Below are positions 41,301 through 55,100 of a stretch of DNA of 64,000 bases, piece after piece. The number at the start of each line of letters is the position of its first letter. Position 1 is the first letter of the stretch. The position numbers were made by a program, and so were the translations under genes. This DNA is from the human T2T-CHM13v2.0 reference genome, Homo sapiens, in assembly GCF_009914755.1 (NCBI RefSeq), contig NC_060936.1; one strand, written 5' to 3'. A model generated the notes under the pieces. It ran no database searches. It saw only the letters and a program-made list of their open reading frames with translations, and was not told the origin of the DNA.

Positions 41301-44300
41301 GTGTCTCCAAACTCCTCCATCAAAAGAAAGGTTATACTCTGTGAATTGAACGCACACATCACAAAGTAGTTTCTGAGAATGATTCTGTCTAGTTTTTATA
41401 CGAAGATATTTCCTTTTCTACATTTGGCCTAAAAGCGCTTGAAATCTCCACCTGCAAATATCACAAAAAGAGGGTTTCACATCTGCTCTGTCTAAAGGAC
41501 AGTTCACCTCTGTGAGTTGAATAGAGGCAACACAAAGAACTTACTCAGTATTCTTCTTTCTAGCGTTCTATGAAGAAATCCCGTTTCCAACGAAGGCCTC
41601 AAAGAGGTCAAATATCTGCTTGCAGACTTTACAGACAGAGTGTTTCCAAACTACTCTATGAAAAGAAAGCTTAAACTCCTTGAGTTGAACGCACACATCA
41701 CAAAGTAGTTTCTGAGAATGATTCTGTCTAGTTTTTATACGAAGATGTTTCCTTTTCTACATTTGGTCTCAAAGCGATTGAAATCTCCAACTGGAAACTG
41801 CACAAATAGGCTGTTTCAAATCTGCTCTGTCTAAAGGAAGGTTCAACTCTGTGAGTTGAATACACACACCACAAATAAGTTACTGAGAATTCTTCTGTCG
41901 AACATTACTTGAAGAAATCCCGTTTCCAACGAAGGCCTCAAAGAGGTCCAAATATCCACTTGCAGACATTACAAACAGAGTGTTTCCAAACTGCTCCATC
42001 AAAAGAAAGGTTAAACTCTGTGAGCTGAACACACACATCAAAAAGAAGTTTCTGTGAATGATTCTGTCTAGATTTTATAAGAAGATGTTTCCTTTTCTAC
42101 CGTAGGCCTCAAAGCGCTTGAAATCTCCAGCTGCAAATTCCACAAAAAGGGTGTTTAACATCTGCTCTTCTAAAGGAAAGTTCAACTCTATGAGTTGAAT
42201 ACACACAGCACAAAGAAGTTACTGAGACTTCTCCTGTCAAACATTATATGAAGAAATCCCGTTTCCAACGAAGGCCTCAAAGAGGTCCAAATATCTGCTT
42301 GCAGACTTTACAGACAGAGTGTTTCCAAACTGCTCCATCAAAAGAAAGGTTAAACTCCTTGAGTTGAACACACACATCACAAAGTAGTTTCTGTGAATGA
42401 TTCTGTCTAGTTTTTATACGAAGATGTTTCCTTTTCTACCTTTGGTCTCAAAGCGATTGAAATCTCCACATGGAAACTTCACAAAAAGAGTGTTTCAAAT
42501 CTGCTCTTTCTGAAGGAAGGTTCAACTCTGTGAGTTGAATACACACACCACAAATAAGTTACTGAGAATTCTTCTGTGTAACATTATATGAGGAAATCCC
42601 GTTTCCAACGAAGGCCTCAAAGAGGTCCAAATATCCACTTGCAGACTTTACAAAGACAGTGTCTCCAAACTCCTCCATCAAAAGAAAGGTTATACTCTGT
42701 GAATTGAACGCACACATCACAAAGTAGTTTCTGAGAATGATTCTGTCTAGTTTTTATACGAAGATATTTCCTTTTCTACATTTGGCCTAAAAGCGCTTGA
42801 AATCTCCACCTGCAAATATCACAAAAAGAGGGTTTCACATCTGCTCTGTCTAAAGGACAGTTCACCTCTGTGAGTTGAATAGAGGCAACACAAAGAACTT
42901 ACTCAGTATTCTTCTTTCTAGCGTTCTATGAAGAAATCCCGTTTCCAACGAAGGCCTCAAAGAGGTCAAATATCTGCTTGCAGACTTTACAGACAGAGTG
43001 TTTCCAAACTACTCTATGAAAAGAAAGCTTAAACTCCTTGAGTTGAACGCACACATCACAAAGTAGTTTCTGAGAATGATTCTGTCTAGTTTTTATACGA
43101 AGATGTTTCCTTTTCTACATTTGGTCTCAAAGCTCTTGAAATCTCCAACTGGAAACTGCACAAATAGGCTGTTTCAAATCTGCTCTGTCTAAAGGAAGGT
43201 TCAACTCTGTGAGTTGAATACACACACCACAAATAAGTTACTGAGAATTCTTCTGTCGAACATTACAGGAAGAAATCCCGTTTCCAACGAAGGCCTCAAA
43301 GAGGTCCAAATATCCACTTGCAGACGTTACAAACAGAGTGTTTCCAAACTGCTCCATCAAAAGAAAGGTTAAACTCTGTGAGCTGAACACACACATCAAA
43401 AAGAAGTTTCTGTGAATGATTCTGTCTAGATTTTATAAGAAGATGTTTCCTTTTCTACCGTAGGCCTCAAAGCGCTTGAAATCTCCAGCTGCAAATTCCA
43501 CAAAAAGGGTGTTTAACATCTGCTCTTCTAAAGGAAAGTTCAACTCTATGAGTTGAATACACACAGCACAAAGAAGTTACTGAGACTTCTCCTATCAAAC
43601 ATTATATGAAGAAATCCCGTTTCCAACGAAGGCCTCAAAGAGGTCCAAATATCTGCTTGCAGACTTTACAGACAGAGTGTTTCCAAACTGCTCCATCAAA
43701 AGAAAGGTTAAACTCCTTGAGTTGAACACACACATCACAAAGTAGTTTCTGTGAATGATTCTGTCTAGTTTTTATACGAAGATGTTTCCTTTTCTACCTT
43801 TGGTCTCAAAGCGATTGAAATCTCCACATGGAAACTCCACAAAAAGAGTGTTTCAAATCTGCTCTTTCTGAAGGAAGGTTCAACTCTGTGAGTTGAATAC
43901 ACACACCACAAATAAGTTACTGAGAATTCTTCTGTCGAACATTACTTGAAGAAATCCCGTTTCCAACGAAGGCCTCAAAGAGGTCCAAATATCCACTTGC
44001 AGACATTACAAACAGAGTGTTTCCAAACTGCTCCATCAAAAGAAAGGTTAAACTCTGTGAGCTGAACACACACATCAAAAAGAAGTTTCTGTGAATGATT
44101 CTGTCTAGATTTTATAAGAAGATGTATCCTTTTCTACCGTAGGCCTCAAAGCGCTTGAAATCTCCACCTGCAAATATCACAAAAAGAGGGTTTCACATCT
44201 GCTCTGTCTAAAGGACAGTTCACCTCTGTGAGTTGAATAGAGGCAACACAAAGAACTTACTCAGTATTCTTCTTTCTAGCGTTCTATGAAGAAATCCCGT

Positions 44301-46186
44301 TTCCAACGAAGGCCTCAAAGAGGTCAAATATCTGCTTGCAGACATTACAGACAGAGTGTTTCCAAACTACTCTATGAAAAGAAAGCTTAAACTCCTTGAG
44401 TTGAACGCACACATCACAAAGTAGTTTCTGAGAATGATTCTGTCTAGTTTTTATACGAAGATGTTTCCTTTTCTACATTTGGTCTCAAAGCTCTTGAAAT
44501 CTCCAACTGGAAACTGCACAAATAGGCTGTTTTAAATCTGCTCTGTCTAAAGGAAGGTTCAACTCTGTGAGGTGAATACACACACCACAAATAAGTTACT
44601 GAGAATCCTTCTGTCGAACATTACAGGAAGAAATCCCGTTTCCAACGAAGGCCTCAAAGAGGTCCAAATATCCACTTGCGGACATTACAAACAGTGTGTT
44701 TCCCAACTGCTCCATCAAAAGAAAGGTTAAACTCTGTGAGCTGAACACACACATCAAAAAGAAGTTTCTGTGAATGATTCTGTCTAGATTTTATAAGAAG
44801 ATGTTTCCTTTTCTACCGTAGGCCTCAAAGCGCTTGAAATCTCCAGCTGCAAATTCCACAAAAAGGGTGTTTAACATCTGCTCTTCTAAAGGAAAGTTCA
44901 ACTCTATGAGTTGAATACACACAGCACAAAGAAGTTACTGAGACTTCTCCTATCAAACATTATATGAAGAAATCCCGTTTCCAACGAAGGCCTCAAAGAG
45001 GTCCAAATATCTGCTTGCAGACTTTACAGACAGTGTGTTTCCAAACTGCTCCATCAAAAGAAAGGTTAAACTCCTTGAGTTGAACACACACATCACAAAG
45101 TAGTTTCTGTGAATGATTCTGTCTAGTTTTTATACGAAGATGTTTCCTTTTCTACCTTTGGTCTCAAAGCGATTGAAATCTCCACATGGAAACTCCACAA
45201 AAAGAGTGTTTCAAATCTGCTCTTTCTGAAGGAAGGTTCAACTCTGTGAGTTGAATACACACACCACAAATAAGTTACTGGGAATTCTTCTGTGTAACAT
45301 TATATGAGGAAATCCCGTTTCCAACGAAGGCCTCAAAGAGGTCCAAATATCCACTTGCAGACTTTACAAAGACAGTGTCTCCAAACTCCTCCATCAAAAG
45401 AAAGGTTATACTCTGTGAATTGAACGCACACATCACAAAGTAGTTTCTGAGAATGATTCTGTCTAGTTTTTATACGAAGATAGTTCCTTTTCTACATTTG
45501 GCCTAAAAGCGCTTGAAATCTCCACCTGCAAATATCACAAAAAGAGGGTTTCACATCTGCTCTGTCTAAAGGACAGTTCACGTCTGTGAGTTGAATAGAG
45601 GCAACACAAAGAACTTACTCAGTATTCTTCTTTCTAGCGTTCTATGAAGAAATCCCGTTTCCAACGAAGGCCTCAAAGAAGTCAAATATCTGCTTGCAGA
45701 CTTTACAGACAGAGTGTTTCCAAACTACTCTATGAAAAGAAAGCTTAAACTCCTTGAGTTGAACGCACACATCACAATGTAGTTTCTGAGAATGATTCTG
45801 TCTAGTTTTTATACGAAGATGTTTCCTTTTCTACATTTGGTCTCAAAGCGATTGAAATCTCCAACTGGAAACTGCACAAATAGGCTGTTCAAATCTGCTC
45901 TGTCTAAAGGAAGGGTCAGCTCTGTGAGTTGAATACACACACCACAAATAAGTTACTGAGAATTCTTCTGTCGAACATTACAGGAAGAAATCCCGTTTCC
46001 AACGAAGGCCTCAAACAGGTCCAAATATCCACTTGCAGACATTACAAACAGTGTGTTTCCAAACTGCTCCATCAAAAGAAAGGTTAAACTCTGTGAGCTG
46101 AACACACACATCAAAAAGAAGTTTCTGTGAATGATTCTGTCTAGATTTTATAAGAAGATGTTTCCTTTTCTACCGTAGGCCTCAAA
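35324..46186 (-). repeat. Eight 8-mer-length HOR copies (one chimeric, one 1357 bp)
   Basis: Starts at 35324, 36682, 38040, 39398, 40756, 42114, 43472 (chimeric) and 44830 (extra 1-bp deletion, ggctgttcaaa near 45888). Confidence 0.9.
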
Positions 46187-49100
46187 GCGCTTGAAATCTC
46201 CAGCTGCAAATTCCACAAAAAGGGTGTTTAACATCTGCTCTTCTAAAGGAAAGTTCAACTCTATGAGTTGAATACACACAGCACAAAGAAGTTACTGAGA
46301 CTTCTCCTATCAAACATTATATGAAGAAATCCCGTTTCCAACGAAGGCCTCAAAGAGGTCCAAATATCTGCTTGCAGACTTTACAGACAGAGTGTTTCCA
46401 AACTGCTCCATCAAAAGAAAGGTTAAACTCCTTGAGTTGAACACACACATCACAAAGTAGTTTCTGTGAATGATTCTGTCTAGTTTTTATACGAAGATGT
46501 TTCCTTTTCTACCTTTGGTCTCAAAGCGATTGAAATCTCCACATGGAAACTCCACCAAAAGAGTGTTTCAAATCTGCTCTTTCTGAAGGAAGGTTCAACT
46601 CTGTGAGTTGAATACACACACCACAAATAAGTTACTGAGAATTCTTCTGTGTAACATTATATGAGGAAATCCCGTTTCCAACGAAGGCCTCAAAGAGGTC
46701 CAAATATCCACTTGCAGACTTTACAAAGACAGTGTCTCCAAACTCCTCCATCAAAAGAAAGGTTATACTCTGTGAATTGAACGCACACATCACAAAGTAG
46801 TTTCTGAGAATGATTCTGTCCAGTTTTTATACGAAGATATTTCCTTTACTACATTTGGCCTAAAAGCGCTTGAAATCTCCACCTGCAAATATCACAAAAA
46901 GAGGGTTTCACATCTGCTCTGTCTAAAGGACAGTTCACCTCTGTGAGTTGAATAGAGGCAACACAAAGAACTTACTCAGTATTCTTCTTTCTAGCATTCT
47001 ATGAAGAAATCCCGTTTCCAACGAAGGCCCCAAAGAGGTCCAAATATCTGCTTGCAGACTTTACAGACAGAGTTTTTCGAAACTGCTCCATCAAAAGAAA
47101 GGTTAAACTCCTTGAGTTGAACACACACATCACAAAGTAGTTTCTGAGAATGATTCTGTCTAGTTTTTATACGAAGATGTTTCCTTTTCTACCTTTGGTC
47201 TCAAAGCGATTGAAATCTCCACATGGAAACTCCACAAAAAGAGTGTTTCAAATCTGCTCTTTGTGAAGGAAGGTTCAACTCTGTGAGTTGAATACACACA
47301 CCACAAATAAGTTACTGAGAATTCTTCTGTGTAACATTATATGAGGAAATCCCGTTTCCAACGAAGGCCTCAAAGAGGTCCAAATATCCACTTGCAGACT
47401 TTACAAAGACAGTGTCTCCAAACTCCTCCATCAAAAGAAAGGTTATACTCTGTGAATTGAACGCACACATCACAAAGTAGTTTCTGAGAATGATTCTGTC
47501 TAGTTTTTATACAAAGATATTTCCTTTTCTACATTTGGCCTAAAAGCGCTTGAAATCTCCACCTGCAAATATCACAAAAAGAGGGTTTCACATCTGCTCT
47601 GTCTAAAGGACAGTTCACCTCTGTGAGTTGAATAGAGGCAACACAAAGAACTTACTCAGTATTCTTCTTTCTAGCGTTCTATGAAGAAATCCCGTTTCCA
47701 ACGAAGGCCTTAAAGAGGTCAAATATCTGCTTGCAGACTTTACAGACAGAGTGTTTCCAAACTACTCTATGAAAAGAAAGCTTAAACTCCTTGAGTTGAA
47801 CGCACACATCACAAAGTAGTTTCTGAGAATGATTCTGTCTAGTTTTTATACGAAGATGTTTCCTTTTCTACATTTGGTCTCAAAGCGATTGAAATCTCCA
47901 ACTGGAAACTGCACAAATAGGGTGTTTCAAATCTGCTCTGTCTAAAGGAAGGTTCAACTCTGTGAGTTGAATACACACACCACAAATAAGTTACTGAGAA
48001 TTCTTCTGTCGAACATTACTTGAAGAAATCCCGTTTCCATCGAAGGCCTCAAAGAGGTCCAAATATCCACTTGCAGACGTTACAAACAGAGTGTTTCCAA
48101 ACTGCTCCATCAAAAGAAAGGTTAAACTCTGTGAGCTGAACACACACATCAAAAAGAAGTTTCTGTGAATGATTCTGTCTAGATTTTATAAGAAGATGTT
48201 TCCTTTTCTACCGTAGGCCTCAAAGCGCTTGAAATCTCCAGCTGCAAATTCCACAAAAAGGGTGTTTAACATCTGCTCTTCTAAAGGAAAGTTCAACTCT
48301 ATGAGTTGAATACACACAGCACAAAGAAGTTACTGAGACTTCTCCTATCAAACATTATATGAAGAAATCCCGTTTCCAACGAAGGCCTCAAAGAGGTCCA
48401 AATATCTGCTTGCAGACTTTACAGACAGAGTGTTTCCAAACTGCTCCATCAAAAGAAAGGTTAAACTCCTTGAGTTGAACACACACATCACAAAGTAGTT
48501 TCTGTGAATGATTCTGTCTAGTTTTTATACGAAGATGTTTCCTTTTCTACCTTTGGTCTCAAAGCGATTGAAATCTCCACATGGAAACTCCACCAAAAGA
48601 GTGTTTCAAATCTGCTCTTTCTGAAGGAAGGTTCAACTCTGTGAGTTGAATACAGACACCACAAATAAGTTACTGAGAATTCTTCTGTGTAACATTATAT
48701 GAGGAAATCCCGTTTCCAACGAAGGCCTCAAAGAGGTCCAAATATCCACTTGCAGACTTTACAAAGACAGTGTCTCCAAACTCTTCCATCAAAAGAAAGG
48801 TTATACTCTGTGAATTGAACGCACACATCACAAAGTAGTTTCTGAGAATGATTCTGTCTAGTTTTTATACGAAGATATTTCCTTTTCTACATTTGGCCTA
48901 AAAGCGCTTGAAATCTCCACCTGCAAATATCACAAAAAGAGGGTTTCACATCTGCTCTGTCTAAAGGACAGTTCACCTCTGTGAGTTGAATAGAGGCAAC
49001 ACAAAGAACTTACTCAGTATTCTTCTTTCTAGCGTTCTATGAAGAAATCCCGTTTCCAACGAAGGCCTCAAAGAGGTCGAATATCTGCTTGCAGACTTTA

Positions 49101-52100
49101 CAGACAGAGTGTTTCCAAACTACTCTATGAAAAGAAAGCTTAAACTCCTTGAGTTGAACGCACACATCACAAAGTAGTTTCTGAGAATGATTCTGTCTAG
49201 TGTTTATACGAAGATGTTTGCTTTTCTACATTTGGTCTCAAAGCGATTGAAATCTCCAACTGGAAACTGCACAAATAGGCTGTTTCAAATCTGCTCTGTC
49301 CAAAGGAAGGTTCAGCTCTGTGAGTTGAATACACACACCACAAATAAGTTACTGAGAATTCTTCTGTCGAACATTACAGGAAGAAATCCCGTTTCCAACG
49401 AAGGCCTCAAAGAGGTCCAAATATCCACTTGCAGACATTACAAACAGTGTGTTTCCCAACTGCTCCATCAAAAGAAAGGTTAAACTCTGTGAGCTGAACA
49501 CACACATCAAAAAGAAGTTTCTGTGAATGATTCTGTCTAGATTTTATAAGAAGATGTTTCCTTTTCTACCGTAGGCCTCAAAGCGCTTGAAATCTCCAGC
49601 TGCAAATTCCACAAAAAGGGTGTTTAACATCTGCTCTTCTAAAGGAAAGTTCAACTCTATGAGTTGAATACACACAGCACAAAGAAGTTACTGAGACTTC
49701 TCCTATCAAACATTATATGAAGAAATCCCGTTTCCAACGAAGGCCTCAAAGAGGTCCAAATATCTGCTTGCAGACTTTACAGACAGAGTGTTTCCAAACT
49801 GCTCCATCAAAAGAAAGGTTAAACTCCTTGAGTTGAACACACACATCACAAAGTAGTTTCTGTGAATGATTCTGTCTAGTTTTTATACGAAGATGTTTCC
49901 TTTTCTACCTTTGGTCTCAAAGCGATTCAAATCTCCACATGGAAACTCCACCAAAAGAGTGTTTCAAATCTGCTCTTTCTGAAGGAAGGTTCAACTCTGT
50001 GAGTTGAATACACACACCACAAATAAGTTACTGAGAATTCTTCTGTGTAACATTATATGAGGAAATCCCGTTTCCAACGAAGGCCTCAAAGAGGTCCAAA
50101 TATCCACTTGCAGACTTTACAAAGACAGTGTCTCCAAACTCCTCCATCAAAAGAAAGGTTATACTCTGTGAATTGAACGCACACATCACAAAGTAGTTTC
50201 TGAGAATGATTCTGTCCAGTTTTTATACGAAGATATTTCCTTTACTACATTTGGCCTAAAAGCGCTTGAAATCTCCACCTGCAAATATCACAAAAAGAGG
50301 GTTTCACATCTGCTCTGTCTAAAGGACAGTTCACCTCTGTGAGTTGAATAGAGGCAACACAAAGAACTTACTCAGTATTCTTCTTTCTAGCATTCTATGA
50401 AGAAATCCCGTTTCCAACGAAGGCCCCAAAGAGGTCCAAATATCTGCTTGCAGACTTTACAGACAGAGTTTTTCGAAACTGCTCCATCAAAAGAAAGGTT
50501 AAACTCCTTGAGTTGAACACACACATCACAAAGTAGTTTCTGAGAATGATTCTGTCTAGTTTTTATACGAAGATGTTTCCTTTTCTACCTTTGGTCTCAA
50601 AGCGATTGAAATCTCCACATGGAAACTCCACAAAAAGAGTGTTTCAAATCTGCTCTTTGTGAAGGAAGGTTCAACTCTGTGAGTTGAATACACACACCAC
50701 AAATAAGTTACTGAGAATTCTTCTGTGTAACATTATATGAGGAAATCCCGTTTCCAACGAAGGCCTCAAAGAGGTCCAAATATCCACTTGCAGACTTTAC
50801 AAAGACAGTGTCTCCAAACTCCTCCATCAAAAGAAAGGTTATACTCTGTGAATTGAACGCACACATCACAAAGTAGTTTCTGAGAATGATTCTGTCTAGT
50901 TTTTATACAAAGATATTTCCTTTTCTACATTTGGCCTAAAAGCGCTTGAAATCTCCACCTGCAAATATCACAAAAAGAGGGTTTCACATCTGCTCTGTCT
51001 AAAGGACAGTTCACCTCTGTGAGTTGAATAGAGGCAACACAAAGAACTTACTCAGTATTCTTCTTTCTAGCGTTCTATGAAGAAATCCCGTTTCCAACGA
51101 AGGCCTTAAAGAGGTCAAATATCTGCTTGCAGACTTTACAGACAGAGTGTTTCCAAACTACTCTATGAAAAGAAAGCTTAAACTCCTTGAGTTGAACGCA
51201 CACATCACAAAGTAGTTTCTGAGAATGATTCTGTCTAGTTTTTATACGAAGATGTTTCCTTTTCTACATTTGGTCTCAAAGCGATTGAAATCTCCAACTG
51301 GAAACTGCACAAATAGGGTGTTTCAAATCTGCTCTGTCTAAAGGAAGGTTCAACTCTGTGAGTTGAATACACACACCACAAATAAGTTACTGAGAATTCT
51401 TCTGTCGAACATTACTTGAAGAAATCCCGTTTCCATCGAAGGCCTCAAAGAGGTCCAAATATCCACTTGCAGACGTTACAAACAGAGTGTTTCCAAACTG
51501 CTCCATCAAAAGAAAGGTTAAACTCTGTGAGCTGAACACACACATCAAAAAGAAGTTTCTGTGAATGATTCTGTCTAGATTTTATAAGAAGATGTTTCCT
51601 TTTCTACCGTAGGCCTCAAAGCGCTTGAAATCTCCAGCTGCAAATTCCACAAAAAGGGTGTTTAACATCTGCTCTTCTAAAGGAAAGTTCAACTCTATGA
51701 GTTGAATACACACAGCACAAAGAAGTTACTGAGACTTCTCCTATCAAACATTATATGAAGAAATCCCGTTTCCAACGAAGGCCTCAAAGAGGTCCAAATA
51801 TCTGCTTGCAGACTTTACAGACAGAGTGTTTCCAAACTGCTCCATCAAAAGAAAGGTTAAACTCCTTGAGTTGAACACACACATCACAAAGTAGTTTCTG
51901 TGAATGATTCTGTCTAGTTTTTATACGAAGATGTTTCCTTTTCTACCTTTGGTCTCAAAGCGATTGAAATCTCCACATGGAAACTCCACCAAAAGAGTGT
52001 TTCAAATCTGCTCTTTCTGAAGGAAGGTTCAACTCTGTGAGTTGAATACAGACACCACAAATAAGTTACTGAGAATTCTTCTGTGTAACATTATATGAGG

Positions 52101-55100
52101 AAATCCCGTTTCCAACGAAGGCCTCAAAGAGGTCCAAATATCCACTTGCAGACTTTACAAAGACAGTGTCTCCAAACTCTTCCATCAAAAGAAAGGTTAT
52201 ACTCTGTGAATTGAACGCACACATCACAAAGTAGTTTCTGAGAATGATTCTGTCTAGTTTTTATACGAAGATATTTCCTTTTCTACATTTGGCCTAAAAG
52301 CGCTTGAAATCTCCACCTGCAAATATCACAAAAAGAGGGTTTCACATCTGCTCTGTCTAAAGGACAGTTCACCTCTGTGAGTTGAATAGAGGCAACACAA
52401 AGAACTTACTCAGTATTCTTCTTTCTAGCGTTCTATGAAGAAATCCCGTTTCCAACGAAGGCCTCAAAGAGGTCGAATATCTGCTTGCAGACTTTACAGA
52501 CAGAGTGTTTCCAAACTACTCTATGAAAAGAAAGCTTAAACTCCTTGAGTTGAACGCACACATCACAAAGTAGTTTCTGAGAATGATTCTGTCTAGTGTT
52601 TATACGAAGATGTTTGCTTTTCTACATTTGGTCTCAAAGCGATTGAAATCTCCAACTGGAAACTGCACAAATAGGCTGTTTCAAATCTGCTCTGTCCAAA
52701 GGAAGGTTCAGCTCTGTGAGTTGAATACACACACCACAAATAAGTTACTGAGAATTCTTCTGTCGAACATTACAGGAAGAAATCCCGTTTCCAACGAAGG
52801 CCTCAAAGAGGTCCAAATATCCACTTGCAGACATTACAAACAGTGTGTTTCCCAACTGCTCCATCAAAAGAAAGGTTAAACTCTGTGAGCTGAACACACA
52901 CATCAAAAAGAAGTTTCTGTGAATGATTCTGTCTAGATTTTATAAGAAGATGTTTCCTTTTCTACCGTAGGCCTCAAAGCGCTTGAAATCTCCAGCTGCA
53001 AATTCCACAAAAAGGGTGTTTAACATCTGCTCTTCTAAAGGAAAGTTCAACTCTATGAGTTGAATACACACAGCACAAAGAAGTTACTGAGACTTCTCCT
53101 ATCAAACATTATATGAAGAAATCCCGTTTCCAACGAAGGCCTCAAAGAGGTCCAAATATCTGCTTGCAGACTTTACAGACAGAGTGTTTCCAAACTGCTC
53201 CATCAAAAGAAAGGTTAAACTCCTTGAGTTGAACACACACATCACAAAGTAGTTTCTGTGAATGATTCTGTCTAGTTTTTATACGAAGATGTTTCCATTT
53301 CTACCTTTGGTCTCAAAGCGATTCAAATCTCCACATGGAAACTCCACAAAAAGAGTGTTTCAAATCTGCTCTTTCTGAAGGAAGGTTCAACTCTGTGAGT
53401 TGAATACACACACCACAAATAAGTTACTGAGAATTCTTCTGTGTAACATTATATGAGGAAATCCCGTTTCCAACGAAGGCCTCAAAGAGGTCCAAATATC
53501 CACTTGCAGACTTTACAAAGACAGTGTCTCCAAACTCCTCCATCAAAAGAAAGGTTATACTCTGTGAATTGAACGCACACATCACAAAGTAGTTTCTGAG
53601 AATGATTCTGTCTAGTTTTTATACGAAGATATTTCCTTTTCTACATTTGGCCTAAAAGCGCTTGAAATCTCCACCTGCAAATATCACAAAAAGAGGGTTT
53701 CACATCTGCTCTGTCTAAAGGACAGTTCACCTCTGTGAGTTGAATAGAGGCAACACAAAGAACTTACTCAGTATTCTTCTTTCTAGCATTATATGAAGAA
53801 ATCCCGTTTCCAACGAAGGCCCCAAAGAGGTCCAAATATCTGCTTGCAGACTTTACAGACAGAGTTTTTCCAAACTGCTCCATCAAAAGAAAGGTTAAAC
53901 TCCTTGAGTTGAACACACACATCACAAAGTAGTTTCTGAGAATGATTCTGTCTAGTTTTTATACGAAGATGTTTCCTTTTCTACCTTTGGTCTCAAAGCG
54001 ATTGAAATCTCCACATGGAAACTCCACAAAAAGAGTGTTTCAAATCTGCTCTTTCTGAAGGAAGGTTCAACTCTGTGAGTTGAATACACACACCACAAAT
54101 AAGTTACTGAGAATTCTTCTGTGTAACATTATATGCGGAAATCTCGTTTCCAACGAAGGCCTCAAAGAGGTCCAAATATCCACTTGCAGACTTTACAAAG
54201 ACAGTGTCTCCCAACTCCTCCATCAAAAGAAAGGTTATACTCTGTGAATTGAACGCACACATCACAAAGTAGTTTCTGAGAATGATTCTGTCTAGTTTTT
54301 ATACGAAGATATTTCCTTTTCTACATTTGGCCTAAAAGCGCTTGAAATCTCCACCTGCAAATATCACAAAAAGAGGGTTTCACATCTGCTCTGTCTAAAG
54401 GACAGTTCACCTCTGTGAGTTGAATAGAGGCAACACAAAGAACTTACTCAGTATTCTTCTTTCTAGCGTTCTATGTAGAAATCCCGTTTCCAACGAAGGC
54501 CTCAAAGAGGTCAAATATCTGCTTGCAGACTTTACAGACAGAGTGTTTCCAAACTACTCTATGAAAAGAAAGCTTAAACTCCTTGAGTTGAACGCACACA
54601 TCACAAAGTAGTTTCTGAGAATGATTTTGTCTAGTTTTTATACGAAGATGTTTCCTTTTCTACATTTGGTCTCAAAGCGATTGAAATCTCCAACTGGAAA
54701 CTGCACAAATAGGGTGTTTCAAATCTGCTCTGTCTAAAGGAAGGTTCAACTCTGTGAGTTGAATACACACACCACAAATAAGTTACTGAGAATTCTTCTG
54801 TCGAACATTACTTGAAGAAATCCCGTTTCCAACGAAGGCCTCAAAGAGGTCCAAATATCCACTTGCAGACATTACAAACAGAGTGTTTCCAAACTGCTCC
54901 ATCAAAAGAAAGGTTAAACTCTGTGAGCTGAACACACACATCAAAAAGAAGTTTCTGTGAATGATTCTGTCTAGATTTTATAAGAAGATGTTTCCTTTTC
55001 TACCGTAGGCCTCAAAGCGCTTGAAATCTCCAGCTGCAAATTCCACAAAAAGGGTGTTTAACATCTGCTCTTCTAAAGGAAAGTTCAACTCTATGAGTTG

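Noticed and set aside
49187-49483. 98-aa ORF (+)
   Set aside because: Pure alpha-satellite sequence, open because a SNP (taa>caa at ~49301) removes a stop present in other copies. No recognisable protein features.
9655-51440. CENP-B box variants cccgCttcc (~9664), gttTtcaacg (several), cgtGtcc (~19173), ccaTcgaa (~34460, 48040, 51436) as loss of function
   Set aside because: They fall at non-essential N positions of the NTTCGNNNNANNCGGGN core.
52583-52879. Identical 98-aa ORF (+)
   Set aside because: A copy produced by the 3396-bp duplication, not evidence of coding conservation.
54420-54611. 63-aa ORF (+)
   Set aside because: TTG start in satellite DNA; a private SNP near 54476 (tga>tgt) removes a stop. 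Chance ORF.
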